Assembly: GCA_030613025.1 (NCBI GenBank)
Contig: JAUWMT010000007.1
Coordinates: 4,882 to 68,881, forward strand
Length of the DNA: 64,000 nt
Direction: 5' to 3'
DNA from: Candidatus Cloacimonadota bacterium
Lineage (GTDB): Bacteria; Cloacimonadota; Cloacimonadia; JGIOTU-2
Shown: piece after piece, positions 1-9,537 of the stretch
Layout of the letters: each line of letters starts with the position of its first letter
How positions within the stretch are numbered: the stretch's first letter is position 1
The notes under the pieces: generated by a model
Seen by the model: only the letters and a program-made list of their open reading frames with translations
Told to the model about the DNA's origin: nothing
Databases searched by the model: none
Translations under genes and position numbers: made by a program

Positions 1-290
1 TTCTTGTCATAAGTCTGCTTTGGTAAATCATTATTTATCTGATGAAGACTGGATTAAGAGCTTGTGACAAGTAATTTGATTAGTAGCAGTCACTTAAGAC
101 ATGCTCTCCGACTCGCCTTCATCCACGGAACTACGGCGCAGCGGACATGTCTCAAGTGCCCTGAAAACCATTGCGAAGGTCATTCCGCCGGTGGGCGGAT
201 AAATCGATCATTCGCCCTTGTCTGGGCGTATCCGTCCCGACTAGTCGTGAAGAAGACTGAAGGTTCTCAATCAAATTTGTATGTAATAAA

Positions 291-1967
291 TTATCTCAAC
301 AAAACCAGCTTCCGGACGCTTTCGTCATTTCCTGCTCTCATCTTGAGGAAATAAATACCCGTGGGAATATTTTGGCAATCCCATTCAACAGCGTGATCTC
401 CTGCCTGAATGTTTCCTTTGAGTAATGTCTCTACCAATTGCCCTTTGAGATTATAAATTTCTAAACGAACCTCATTTTCTTTTTTAAGAGTATAACTAAT
501 GACTGTATTTGTATTGAAGGGATTTGGATAATTTGAAAGCTCCATTTTTATTGGAATTATTTCGTTTTCAACTGAAGTCTCATTTCCCAGCTTGGCTACA
601 AAAATATCAGGACCTCCACTACCGGAAAGAGAATCGGAACCAAAGGTCGCTGTATCCATAAAACATCCTGTCACATAACTGTTCCCAGCATCATCTATTG
701 CGATTGCATAGCCAATATCATAACTACTTCCACCAGCTTTAGTTGCCCATAACCAATTACCATATGCATCCGTTTTTGCAATAAAAATATCTGAATTGCC
801 ACTGCTATTAATAGAATTGGAACCAAATGTTGCGGAATCCTTGAAATGTCCAGTAACATAACAGCACCCGGTATTGTCTATTGTTATCCCGAGTCCTACA
901 TCCCAACTATCACCACCGGCTTTATTTGCCCACTGCCAATTACCATTTTCATCAATTTTCGCAACAAAAATGTCGTGATCACCATTACCCGTAAGACAAT
1001 AGGAACCAAATGTTGCTAAAAATATAAAGCATCCAGTCAAATAGCAGTTTTCATTATCATCAATTGTGATGCTAAATCCCCTGTCGTATGAAGTTCCACC
1101 AGCCGTTTTTGCCCAACACCAATTTCCATCTGCATTTATCTTTGCTACAAAAATATCAGTGTTTCCGTTGCTGATAATGAAATGGGAACCAAAGGTTGCA
1201 GTACTAGAAAAATTACCGGTTACATAACAGTTACCAAATATATCGTTTGTTATTCCATATCCAACATCATCTTCAAATAAAACCACTTCTGCCCCAGCTT
1301 TTGTTGCCCATTGCCAGTTCCCATCCATATCCGTCTTTGCTACAAATATATCCTGATATCCGTTACTGATGAGAGTATTTGATCCAAAAGATGCATTTCC
1401 TTTAAAATATCCAATCACATAGCTATTCCTTGCACTATCTATTGTGATATCATAACCACAATCATTCCCGGAACCACCAGCACTCGTTGTCCATAACCAA
1501 TTTCCTGTCGAATCCATCTTAGCAACAAAAATATCTGTACCGCCATAACTAGTAATTGAATAAGAACCAAATAATACTGTATCTTTAAAATATCCTGTAA
1601 CATATATATTGCCCAAATCATCAATTTTTATGCCATTACCTCCATCCCTAGCAGTCCCGCCTGCTTTTGTTGCCCATTGCCAGGTTCCATCAACATTCAT
1701 CTTTGCAACAAAAATATCAGCTGACCCACTACTAGTAAGAGAAAATGTACCAAAGGATACCGTATCTTCAAAACATCCTGTCACATAAGTGTTCCCTGCA
1801 TTATCTATTGTGATCGAGCATCCTTCATCCCAACCAATTCCCCCTGCTTGTGTTGCCCATTCCCATTCAGGCGCTTGTGCATAAGAACATACTGCAATAA
1901 GCAGTAATGCCGATAAAATAACAATACTTTTTACCGAAAATTTTCGGCATTTCACTTCTTTCAACAT
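291..1967 (-). CDS. Secreted SBBP beta-propeller repeat protein with T9SS C-terminal sorting domain
   Basis: 558-aa ORF with an N-terminal signal peptide. It has about nine tandem ~47-aa repeats of the form G..D.G..I..D..GN.YVTG.F..T..FGS...S.G..DIFVAK.D..GNWQWA, and a C-terminal Por/T9SS CTD-like tail (NYPNPFN...IYNLKGQLV). Confidence 0.7.
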   Translation of the reverse strand: MLKEVKCRKFSVKSIVILSALLLIAVCSYAQAPEWEWATQAGGIGWDEGCSITIDNAGNTYVTGCFEDTVSFGTFSLTSSGSADIFVAKMNVDGTWQWATKAGGTARDGGNGIKIDDLGNIYVTGYFKDTVLFGSYSITSYGGTDIFVAKMDSTGNWLWTTSAGGSGNDCGYDITIDSARNSYVIGYFKGNASFGSNTLISNGYQDIFVAKTDMDGNWQWATKAGAEVVLFEDDVGYGITNDIFGNCYVTGNFSSTATFGSHFIISNGNTDIFVAKINADGNWCWAKTAGGTSYDRGFSITIDDNENCYLTGCFIFLATFGSYCLTGNGDHDIFVAKIDENGNWQWANKAGGDSWDVGLGITIDNTGCCYVTGHFKDSATFGSNSINSSGNSDIFIAKTDAYGNWLWATKAGGSSYDIGYAIAIDDAGNSYVTGCFMDTATFGSDSLSGSGGPDIFVAKLGNETSVENEIIPIKMELSNYPNPFNTNTVISYTLKKENEVRLEIYNLKGQLVETLLKGNIQAGDHAVEWDCQNIPTGIYFLKMRAGNDESVRKLVLLR

Positions 1968-1980
1968 CTAAACTCCTAAT

Positions 1981-3018
1981 TTAACTCTTCTCAAATAGTT
2001 CGCTTTGCTTCTTTATCTGTTTTCCTGTCGAATCGAGACCAAAATGCTTGTATGCTTTTTCTGTGACTTCTCTGCCGCGAAGGGTTCGTTTCAGAAATCC
2101 TTTTTGCAGTAAATATGGTTCGTATATTTCCTCTATCGTGCCCGGATCTTCACCAATTGCCATGGAAATTGTTTTCAGCCCAACCGGTCCGCCCTGGTAA
2201 AACTCAATGATCGTTTGGATAAGTTTCTTGTCCATCTCATCCAATCCTAACTCATCGACTTCAAGCATTTTCAGTGCAGCATCAGCAATCTCTTTTGTGA
2301 TTACGCCATCCCCTCTTATCTGTGCGTAATCACGAACACGTCGAAGAAGACGGTTTGCAATTCTTGGAGTGCCGCGGGAACGGCATGCAATTTCCTGTGC
2401 CCCATCCTTCTTGATTTCGACACCCAACAATTTTGCAGAACGCAGCACTATCTTAAAAATCTCTTTTGTGTCATAATAATCAAGCCGAAGCACAAGTCCA
2501 AACCTGCTGCGAAGCGGTGAAGTGATCAATCCGGCACGCGTGGTTGAACCTACAAGCGTAAATGGCTCGAGGATCAGACGCAGTGTTCTCGCACTCGGTC
2601 CCTGATCGATGATGATCTCAAGATTGAAATCTTCGATCGCAGGATAGAGGTATTCCTCCACAACATGATTGAGCCGATGTATCTCATCAATAAAAAAGAC
2701 ATCCTTTGCGCTGAGATTTGTCAGAATACCCGCCAGATCGGACGGCTTCTCTATTGCTGGACCTGATGTGGTTTTGAGTTCGGTATTCAGCTCATTTGCA
2801 ATAATAATAGAAAGCGTGGTTTTTCCGAGACCCGGAGGACCGTAAAAAAGTATATGGTCAATCGGCTCATTGCGTTGCTTGCACGCCTGGATCGTGATAG
2901 ATAAGATCTCTTTTATTTTTTCCTGTCCGACAAAATCCTTCAGTGTTTTCGGACGTAGTGTGGTATCATAAGTAACATCGTCATCCATCATTTCAGGATC
3001 TGTTATTCTTTCATCCAT
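1981..3018 (-). CDS. ruvB: Holliday junction branch migration ATPase RuvB
   Basis: 345 aa with Walker [10 protein letters not shown] and RuvB-typical LRP.TL.DF.GQ motif and overall layout. Confidence 0.9.
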   Translation of the reverse strand: MDERITDPEMMDDDVTYDTTLRPKTLKDFVGQEKIKEILSITIQACKQRNEPIDHILFYGPPGLGKTTLSIIIANELNTELKTTSGPAIEKPSDLAGILTNLSAKDVFFIDEIHRLNHVVEEYLYPAIEDFNLEIIIDQGPSARTLRLILEPFTLVGSTTRAGLITSPLRSRFGLVLRLDYYDTKEIFKIVLRSAKLLGVEIKKDGAQEIACRSRGTPRIANRLLRRVRDYAQIRGDGVITKEIADAALKMLEVDELGLDEMDKKLIQTIIEFYQGGPVGLKTISMAIGEDPGTIEEIYEPYLLQKGFLKRTLRGREVTEKAYKHFGLDSTGKQIKKQSELFEKS

Positions 3019-3028
3019 ACAAACCTCA

Positions 3029-5029
3029 TTACATTTCTTTCAGTTCGAGTATCCTGTCGCGGATCTCGGCAGCTTCTTCGAAGCGCAAATCCCTTGCCAG
3101 ACGGTTCATTTCTCTTGTCAGCAATTCGATAGCGTCTTCTTTGTTATTTATTGTTAGATACTTTTTGAAATCAAGTTTTTTCTGTTCTTCAGCACCGAAA
3201 CCTTTTTTCTGCTCTTTTTTGAATTCGGCAACAGAGGTGGACTGCATGATGCTTTCGATGGTTTTGATGATCGATTCGGGTGTGATATTGTGCTTTTTAT
3301 TATACTCTTTCTGGATCTTTCTGCGGCGGTTCGTTTCACTGATCGCATACTTCATTGCTTCAGATACTTTATCAGCATAAAAAATAACCTTGCCGTCAAT
3401 ATGGCGCGCAGCACGTCCTGCGGTTTGAATGAGCGAGCGAGATGAGCGTAGAAATCCAGCTTTATCAGCATCAAGAATTGCAACTAGTGCAACTTCGGGC
3501 AGATCGAGCCCTTCCCGCAGCAGGTTTACGCCAATAAGCACATCGAACTCTCCCAACCGTAAATCCCTGATGATCTCAATTCTATCCAGCGTATGCACTC
3601 CGCTGTGCAGATACTTTGCCCTCACCCCGATTTGTGACACATAGTTCGTAAGATCTTCTGCCATTTTTTTTGTAAGGGTTGTCACGAGCACGCGCTGCTT
3701 TTTCTCTACGAGCTTTTGGATTTGTTCGAGCAGATCATCAACCTGGAATTCTGATTTTTTAAGCTCGATCTCAGGATCGATAAGACCAGTGGGACGCACT
3801 ATCTGCTCAACGATCACTCCCTGTGATTTATCAAGCTCATAGGCAGCAGGAGTGGCAGACATAAACACAACCTGGCTCATCATTTTCTCAAATTCAGGGA
3901 ATTTCAAAGGACGATTATCATAAGCAGAGGGCAGGCGAAATCCATTATCTACCAACGCTTTTTTTCGTGAGAAGTCTCCTCCAAACATGGCATGAACTTG
4001 TGGGATCGAAGCATGAGATTCATCAATTATCATAAGATAATCATCCGGAAAATAATCCAGCAGGCAGGCAGGACGCTCTCCTTGTTTTCTTCCTGAAAGA
4101 TGCCGTGAATAATTCTCAATGCCGGATACATATCCTACTTCTCGTAGCATTTCGAGGTCAAAACTTGTTCTCTGCTGGATTCGCTGTGCTTCGATCCACA
4201 TATTTTTATCTTTGAAAAACTTCACCCGCTCTTCCATCTCATTTTTGATATTGCCAAGTGCTTTTTCAAGATTTTCCGGAGAGGTAATGAAATGCCTTGC
4301 AGGATACACTGCATACTCGTCAAGCTCTTCCAGAATTTCACCGGTTAGAGGATTGATGCGATATAATTTCGTGATCTCATTGAAATCAAACTCAACTCTG
4401 ATAGAATTTTCGAGATATGCAGGATAAATTTCCACGACATCGCCACGCACACGAAATGTTCCTCGCTGAAATTCAAAATCATTTCGTGCATAATAAATAT
4501 CCACCAGCTTTCGAAGAAGCTCATCCCTTTCCAGCTCCTGTCCGACTTTCAGATCGATGAGCGATTCCCGATATTGCTCGGGCATACCCAATCCATAAAT
4601 ACACGATACACTCGCAACAATAATGACATCCCGACGCTCCATCAAAGACATTGTTGCACGCAGGCGGAGTTTATCTATCTGCTCGTTGATATCCGCATCT
4701 TTTTCAATATAGGTGTCGCTCACAGGCAGGTATGCTTCCGGCTGATAGTAATCATAATAACTCACAAAATATTCGACTGCATTCTTTGGGAAAAGCTGTT
4801 TCATCTCACCAAAGAGCTGTGCTGCGAGGGTTTTATTATGGGAAATGATAAGCACTGGTTTTTCTACATTTTTGATTACATTTGCGATGGTGAAAGTTTT
4901 ACCCGAACCAGTCACGCCGAGAAGTGTCTGGAAGGGAATGTTCCTTTTGATATTTTTTGTAAGTTCCTCAATTGCTTGAGGTTGGTCGCCTCGAGGAGCA
5001 TAATCTGATACTAATTCAAAGTGTTTCAT
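3029..5029 (-). CDS. uvrB: Excinuclease ABC subunit B
   Basis: 666 aa with GVTGSGKT Walker A, helicase motifs and the C-terminal UvrB/UvrC interaction coiled coil (…[24 protein letters not shown]…). Confidence 0.92.
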   Translation of the reverse strand: MKHFELVSDYAPRGDQPQAIEELTKNIKRNIPFQTLLGVTGSGKTFTIANVIKNVEKPVLIISHNKTLAAQLFGEMKQLFPKNAVEYFVSYYDYYQPEAYLPVSDTYIEKDADINEQIDKLRLRATMSLMERRDVIIVASVSCIYGLGMPEQYRESLIDLKVGQELERDELLRKLVDIYYARNDFEFQRGTFRVRGDVVEIYPAYLENSIRVEFDFNEITKLYRINPLTGEILEELDEYAVYPARHFITSPENLEKALGNIKNEMEERVKFFKDKNMWIEAQRIQQRTSFDLEMLREVGYVSGIENYSRHLSGRKQGERPACLLDYFPDDYLMIIDESHASIPQVHAMFGGDFSRKKALVDNGFRLPSAYDNRPLKFPEFEKMMSQVVFMSATPAAYELDKSQGVIVEQIVRPTGLIDPEIELKKSEFQVDDLLEQIQKLVEKKQRVLVTTLTKKMAEDLTNYVSQIGVRAKYLHSGVHTLDRIEIIRDLRLGEFDVLIGVNLLREGLDLPEVALVAILDADKAGFLRSSRSLIQTAGRAARHIDGKVIFYADKVSEAMKYAISETNRRRKIQKEYNKKHNITPESIIKTIESIMQSTSVAEFKKEQKKGFGAEEQKKLDFKKYLTINNKEDAIELLTREMNRLARDLRFEEAAEIRDRILELKEM

Positions 5030-5093
5030 GATTTTGTGTAAAACTTGACAGGTTATCCCTTACATGATGAACAAATACCTTACCATTCTATCA

Positions 5094-5169
5094 GGGCCCA
5101 TAGCTCAGTTGGTAGAGCTCCCGGCTCATAACCGGGCGGTGAGAGGTTCGATCCCTCTTGGGCCCACCA
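5094..5169 (+). tRNA. tRNA-Met (anticodon CAT). An elongator type; tRNA-Ile2 (lysidine) is not excluded.
   Basis: 76-nt cloverleaf GGGCCCATAGCTCAGTTGGTAGAGCTCCCGGCTCATAACCGGGCGGTGAGAGGTTCGATCCCTCTTGGGCCCACCA with a 7-bp acceptor stem, a GTTCGATCC T-loop, and CTCATAA anticodon loop. G1-C72 is paired, so it is not an initiator. Confidence 0.88.
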
Positions 5170-5525
5170 TTTTTTATAAACCACTTTTCGAATCTTTCCA
5201 TTATTCATTTTTTTCTAAACTACTGAGAACATCCGTCTTCATTACATTTTTCCGAGACAAGCAGAGATCACAGAGAGAACCAGACTGTTTCAGTTAACAG
5301 CAGGTTCATCTTTGTAGGCAGAGGTTTGTAATAAAAATTTATCAATTCCATCTTCAATTTCTTTCACTAATCGGAAATCAAAACCTAATAATTTGGAATG
5401 AAACATCTAATAATTTTTCCAGCAAAAAAATCTTTTTCTAATTTCTCTGTGTTCTCTGTGCTCTCTGTGGTTATATATAAATTTTGTTTCGGTTTTCTCG
5501 AACTGAGATAGCACAATTTTATAAT

Positions 5526-6239
5526 TTAACCAACCTGTAATTTGAGAAGATCGAGAATCGTTTTATTGTCAGGAGCTTGTACAATTTTTTCTTTGAGATG
5601 ATCGTCTCTGAAAAGTTGGCTTAAATAGGAAAGTGCGAAAAGGTGCTGCTGCTCAGTCTTCAATAGTAGTAGAAAGAACAGATTGACCGGTGTTCTGTCC
5701 AGAGAGCGGAAATCAAGACCGTCTCTTGAAATGCCGAGAAGAACTGCGGAAAAATTGATTTTATCAGTGTGAACGCTTCGTGGATGCAGAAAAGCAACGC
5801 CGCTTCCAATACCTGTGGAAAGCAAACGTTCACGCTTGCTAAGCATATCAAAGAGCCAGCTTTGCTTGGAGCATACGCTGTTTTCCTTAGCAAATTGTGA
5901 CATTGATGCGAGCACTTCAAAGCGGTGTTTTGCATTCAGGTCTCTAAGAATAAAATCTGAGTTTATGAACGAGAAAAATCTGCTAACCACGTTTTCCAGA
6001 GCGATCTTCTCAACATTTGGTTTATCCTGAGTGTCTTTCCACGCTTCAATATCATCTTTGATAAAACGCCACTGATTACCGACTTTGATCCCTTTGAGTT
6101 GTTTCAAAGAAACTAAGTTCACCAGTGTTTCCGGTGACATATCTAAAAATTTTGCAGCTTCACCCAAGGTTAATATTTCATCTTTTGCCATTTGGTTTGC
6201 CTCCAATAAATAAAGTACAATTGAAGAAATTGTAGTCAA
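5526..6239 (-). CDS. HTH (excisionase/MerR-like) fused to PTS EIIA-2 (PtsN-like) domain regulator
   Basis: The N-terminal region LTLGEAAKFLDMSPETLVNLV is a helix-turn-helix. The C-terminal region GIGSGVAFLHPRSVH matches the PTS EIIA type-2 phosphohistidine motif. Confidence 0.6.
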   Translation of the reverse strand: MTTISSIVLYLLEANQMAKDEILTLGEAAKFLDMSPETLVNLVSLKQLKGIKVGNQWRFIKDDIEAWKDTQDKPNVEKIALENVVSRFFSFINSDFILRDLNAKHRFEVLASMSQFAKENSVCSKQSWLFDMLSKRERLLSTGIGSGVAFLHPRSVHTDKINFSAVLLGISRDGLDFRSLDRTPVNLFFLLLLKTEQQHLFALSYLSQLFRDDHLKEKIVQAPDNKTILDLLKLQVG

Positions 6240-6433
6240 ACTTTTTATTATAAAATTTCCATTTTCAAATTAATAGCTCAAGGATTTTCACGAATAAACG
6301 CGGATCAAAAATGTTATTTCATAATTTTCGCATTCCCATTTTCTTAATTTCTTTTCGTGTTAATTCGTGGTTAAATTTCTTTTTATTTGACACAGAAAAT
6401 GGCGACAGCACTTTCTTATTCAAGAAGGTTCCT

Positions 6434-6955
6434 ATGATGAAAAAATATTTTTTGATCTCAATAATTTTTCTATGCATCCTTGGTTGCGGACATTACTCTT
6501 TTTACACACGCTCAAATCCGCATCTGAAGACGGTTATGATAGCAGAATTTGATAATGATACCGAGCAATACGAGTTGCCCGGGCTTGTCACAGAATATCT
6601 GACCGAAGCTTTCATAGAAGACAACCGCCTCGACGTGCAGGGTGATGATGCTGATATGGATATTCGTGGGACTGTCCGCTCCTATCATAGGATAGTTAAT
6701 GCCTATGACATGCAGGAGAATCCTCTTGAATGGAAGGTTACGATCGTTTTTCAGATCGAAGCAAAGGATATGGTGCGGGATGAGGTGATCTGGCAGAATA
6801 ATAATATGAGTCTCTCTGCACTTTATGGGACAGGTACGGCAGCAGAAGAGGAAGACGGACAGGGGATCGAGCTTTTTTCTGAAGAGGATGCCCAGAAATC
6901 CATCATCTACAAACTCTGTGATGCAATCCTTTCAAACACGATCGAGAAATGGTAG
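6434..6955 (+). CDS. Small lipoprotein, LptE-like (LPS assembly lipoprotein candidate)
   Basis: The start is taken at the internal MMKKYF…ILGCGH signal/lipobox. Size is about 173 aa and the motif order resembles LptE. The upstream 41 codons of the listed ORF lack any signal. Confidence 0.45.
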   Translation: MMKKYFLISIIFLCILGCGHYSFYTRSNPHLKTVMIAEFDNDTEQYELPGLVTEYLTEAFIEDNRLDVQGDDADMDIRGTVRSYHRIVNAYDMQENPLEWKVTIVFQIEAKDMVRDEVIWQNNNMSLSALYGTGTAAEEEDGQGIELFSEEDAQKSIIYKLCDAILSNTIEKW

Positions 6956-6958
6956 GAA

Positions 6959-7678
6959 ATGAGGATCAATAAATTTCTTGCACAGGCAGGACTTGGCTCC
7001 AGGCGCTCCTGCGAACAGCTTGTGCTGGACAGTAAAATACGTGTGAATGGGAAAATTATTAGAGACCTCGCAACTGATATCGATCTGCAGAATGATATAG
7101 TGGAATACAAAAATAAAAAACTTCGTTATTCCTCAAATAAAATATACCTGATCATGAACAAACCCGCAGGCTATCTCGTAACGAGTGGCGATCCTTTTGA
7201 TCGCCAGACCGTATTTGATCTGCTTCCGGATTTTAAGGAACATGTCTTCCCAATCGGTCGTCTTGATAAAAATTCTGAGGGATTATTACTTCTCACTAAT
7301 GACGGAGATTTCGCTCAAAAGATCACACATCCGAGCAAGAAACTTCCCAAAACCTATCTTGTGAAAGCTAAGGGACGGATTTACTTCCGGCAACTAAGAG
7401 ATCTTCGGGAAGGAGTTCAGCTTGATGACGGAAAAACTCTTCCCGCAAAAGTCTTCATAAAAAGTTATAACAAATCTCAAAATATTACAAAACTCCGAAT
7501 GGTGATCTATGAAGGAAGAAATCAGCAGATACGACGAATGCTCAAAGCAGTTGGGAGTTCTGTGCTTGAACTAAAACGTGTGCAGATCGGCGAGGTCAAC
7601 ATTGGAAAACTGCCAAAAGGCGAGTGGCGTCATCTTAAAAATAAAGAAGTCGGGAGCATTCTGAAAACTTCAAAATAA
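6959..7678 (+). CDS. Pseudouridine synthase, RsuA/RluB family, with S4 domain
   Basis: An N-terminal S4 domain (RINKFLAQAGLGSRR) is followed by NKPAGY…IGRLDKNSEGLLLLTNDG, the catalytic Asp motif. Confidence 0.85.
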   Translation: MRINKFLAQAGLGSRRSCEQLVLDSKIRVNGKIIRDLATDIDLQNDIVEYKNKKLRYSSNKIYLIMNKPAGYLVTSGDPFDRQTVFDLLPDFKEHVFPIGRLDKNSEGLLLLTNDGDFAQKITHPSKKLPKTYLVKAKGRIYFRQLRDLREGVQLDDGKTLPAKVFIKSYNKSQNITKLRMVIYEGRNQQIRRMLKAVGSSVLELKRVQIGEVNIGKLPKGEWRHLKNKEVGSILKTSK

Positions 7679-7684
7679 CCATCT

Positions 7685-8626
7685 ATGGATAACCAGAGAA
7701 AAGCATATTCTTTTGCGATCCTTGCAGTAATACTCTGGTCAACTGTTGCATCCGCCTTCAAGATCAGTCTGCGTCATGTTCATTACCTCGAACTGCTTCT
7801 GTACGCCTCATTTTTCTCAACACTTATTATTTTTGTTGTGTTACTTGTTAGAAAAAAACTGCATCTCCTTAGAACCTATTCATCCAAGGATTTTGTTTTT
7901 GCTGCACTTCTCGGATTTCTTAATCCTTTTCTTTATTATGTTGTACTTTTCAAGGCATATTCGATTCTACCAGCCCAGGAAGCAATTACGCTCAATTATA
8001 CATGGCCCCTGATGCTGGTGCTTCTGTCCATTCCTCTGCTTAAGCAAAAGATAAATCTCCTTAGTATTATTGCGATCATTATAAGTTTTTTCGGAGTTAT
8101 TATCATTGCTACTCGAGGAAATTTTGAGAGTTTGAGTTTTTCGAATATCAAAGGTGACATGCTTCCTCTTAGTAGCGCTGTGATCTGGGCATTGTTCTGG
8201 ATTTTTAATCTCAAAGATAGGCATGATGTCGTAGTTAAGCTTTTTATGAGTTTCTGCTTCGGGCTGGTTTTTAGTATTATTCTTATCATTGTCCGTTCAA
8301 CTTTCGTTGGATTTTCTCTGCCAAACATCAAAGGCATTCTCGGTTCTGCTTATGTAGGTTTTTTTGAAATGGGTTTGACTTTTATTGTGTGGCTCAGTGC
8401 GCTCAAGTATGCAAAAACAACTGCCCAAGTAAGTAATTTCATATATATCACACCGTTTCTTTCTCTCTTGGTGGTGAGCGTTGTTGTAGGAGAAAAAATT
8501 CTTTTTTCAACCATTATTGGGCTGGTCTTCATCATCGCGGGTATTATTCTGCAGCGATATACAAATCCCTTTAAACGAAACCTTGCGAAGGATGCCTTCG
8601 GAAACCATTCGCAAGGTTCTTTTTGA
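7685..8626 (+). CDS. EamA/DMT-family transporter
   Basis: 10-TM hydrophobic profile with two EamA-like halves. Confidence 0.7.
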   Translation: MDNQRKAYSFAILAVILWSTVASAFKISLRHVHYLELLLYASFFSTLIIFVVLLVRKKLHLLRTYSSKDFVFAALLGFLNPFLYYVVLFKAYSILPAQEAITLNYTWPLMLVLLSIPLLKQKINLLSIIAIIISFFGVIIIATRGNFESLSFSNIKGDMLPLSSAVIWALFWIFNLKDRHDVVVKLFMSFCFGLVFSIILIIVRSTFVGFSLPNIKGILGSAYVGFFEMGLTFIVWLSALKYAKTTAQVSNFIYITPFLSLLVVSVVVGEKILFSTIIGLVFIIAGIILQRYTNPFKRNLAKDAFGNHSQGSF

Positions 8627-8632
8627 AAGCTC
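8583..8632 (+). terminator. Rho-independent terminator (REP-like palindrome) at the 3' end of the EamA gene
   Basis: AACCTTGCGAAGG…CCATTCGCAAGGTT stem followed by TCTTTTTG. Confidence 0.5.
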
Positions 8633-8916
8633 AAAATATGAAAAGGAATAGCACACTGATCTGCACAGATCGAACCGATTTTTTCCGTTGTCGTTGCGAG
8701 TAAAACCATCTACAGCATCGACCGATTTGTCCAGCCGAAGCTTTAGCATGACATTGTTTTTATTGACATGCAATTACAGATGAAATTCAAAGAAATGTAT
8801 ATAATTACTGCAAAAGAAAGCTATAAGTGAAATGTTATTAGGCGAAGATAAAAGGATATTATACTTCGAACTGCGCAATTGATTTCGATATTAGCCCTTA
8901 AAAGGAAAAATATACA

Positions 8917-9474
8917 GTGAGTGATAGAAATAATCGTGTATGCCCGGTTGAAAAAGCAGATAGTCTTGATAGTAGAATTCGAAGATGGTTGCAAAACCCT
9001 AAGAAAATACTGAGTCCATATATCGAAGTAGGGATGACAGTTTTGGATTTGGGCTGTGGTCCAGGTTTTTTCTCTATTGACATGGCTCAAATGGTTGGCA
9101 ACTCAGGTAGGGTTATTGCTTCTGATCTGCAGGAAGGGATGCTTCAGAAACTAAAAGACAAGATTAAGGGAACTGAACTTGAGAAACGCATCATACTACA
9201 TAGGTGCGAAGAGAATAAAATAGGCGTGTCGGAGAATGTTGATTTTGTGCTATTGTTCTACATGGTTCATGAAATTCCGAATATAGAAACATTTTTTAAT
9301 GAGATAAGAACGATACTAAAACCCAACGGACAAGTTCTCATAGTAGAACCACCATTTCATGTTTCAAAAGCAGCGTTTGAAGATACTGCCAAAAAAGCCC
9401 AGGATGCTGGCCTTACAGCTATTGAGAGACCAAAGGTATTTCTTAACAAGACAGTGCTATTAAAGAAGTGCTAA
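8917..9474 (+). CDS. Class I SAM-dependent methyltransferase
   Basis: VLDLGCGPGFFS motif I. Apparent GTG start preceded by AAAGGA. Confidence 0.7.
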   Translation: MSDRNNRVCPVEKADSLDSRIRRWLQNPKKILSPYIEVGMTVLDLGCGPGFFSIDMAQMVGNSGRVIASDLQEGMLQKLKDKIKGTELEKRIILHRCEENKIGVSENVDFVLLFYMVHEIPNIETFFNEIRTILKPNGQVLIVEPPFHVSKAAFEDTAKKAQDAGLTAIERPKVFLNKTVLLKKC

Positions 9475-9537
9475 TAAAAAATAGGGGGGCAGTAACAGAA
9501 CCTTCTCCCAGTCGTATCAAATCAATCTGATAATACC

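Noticed and set aside
3141-5008. Several 60-144-aa ORFs on both strands inside uvrB
   Set aside because: They are antisense or alternative-frame ORFs nested in a well-supported long CDS with no independent signal.
5064-5297. 77-aa plus-strand ORF
   Set aside because: It completely overlaps the tRNA-Met gene and its flanks, so it is a spurious frame.
8350-8773. 119-aa and 88-aa minus-strand ORFs
   Set aside because: They are antisense to the 3' end of the EamA gene or lie in an AT-rich intergenic region, with no motifs.
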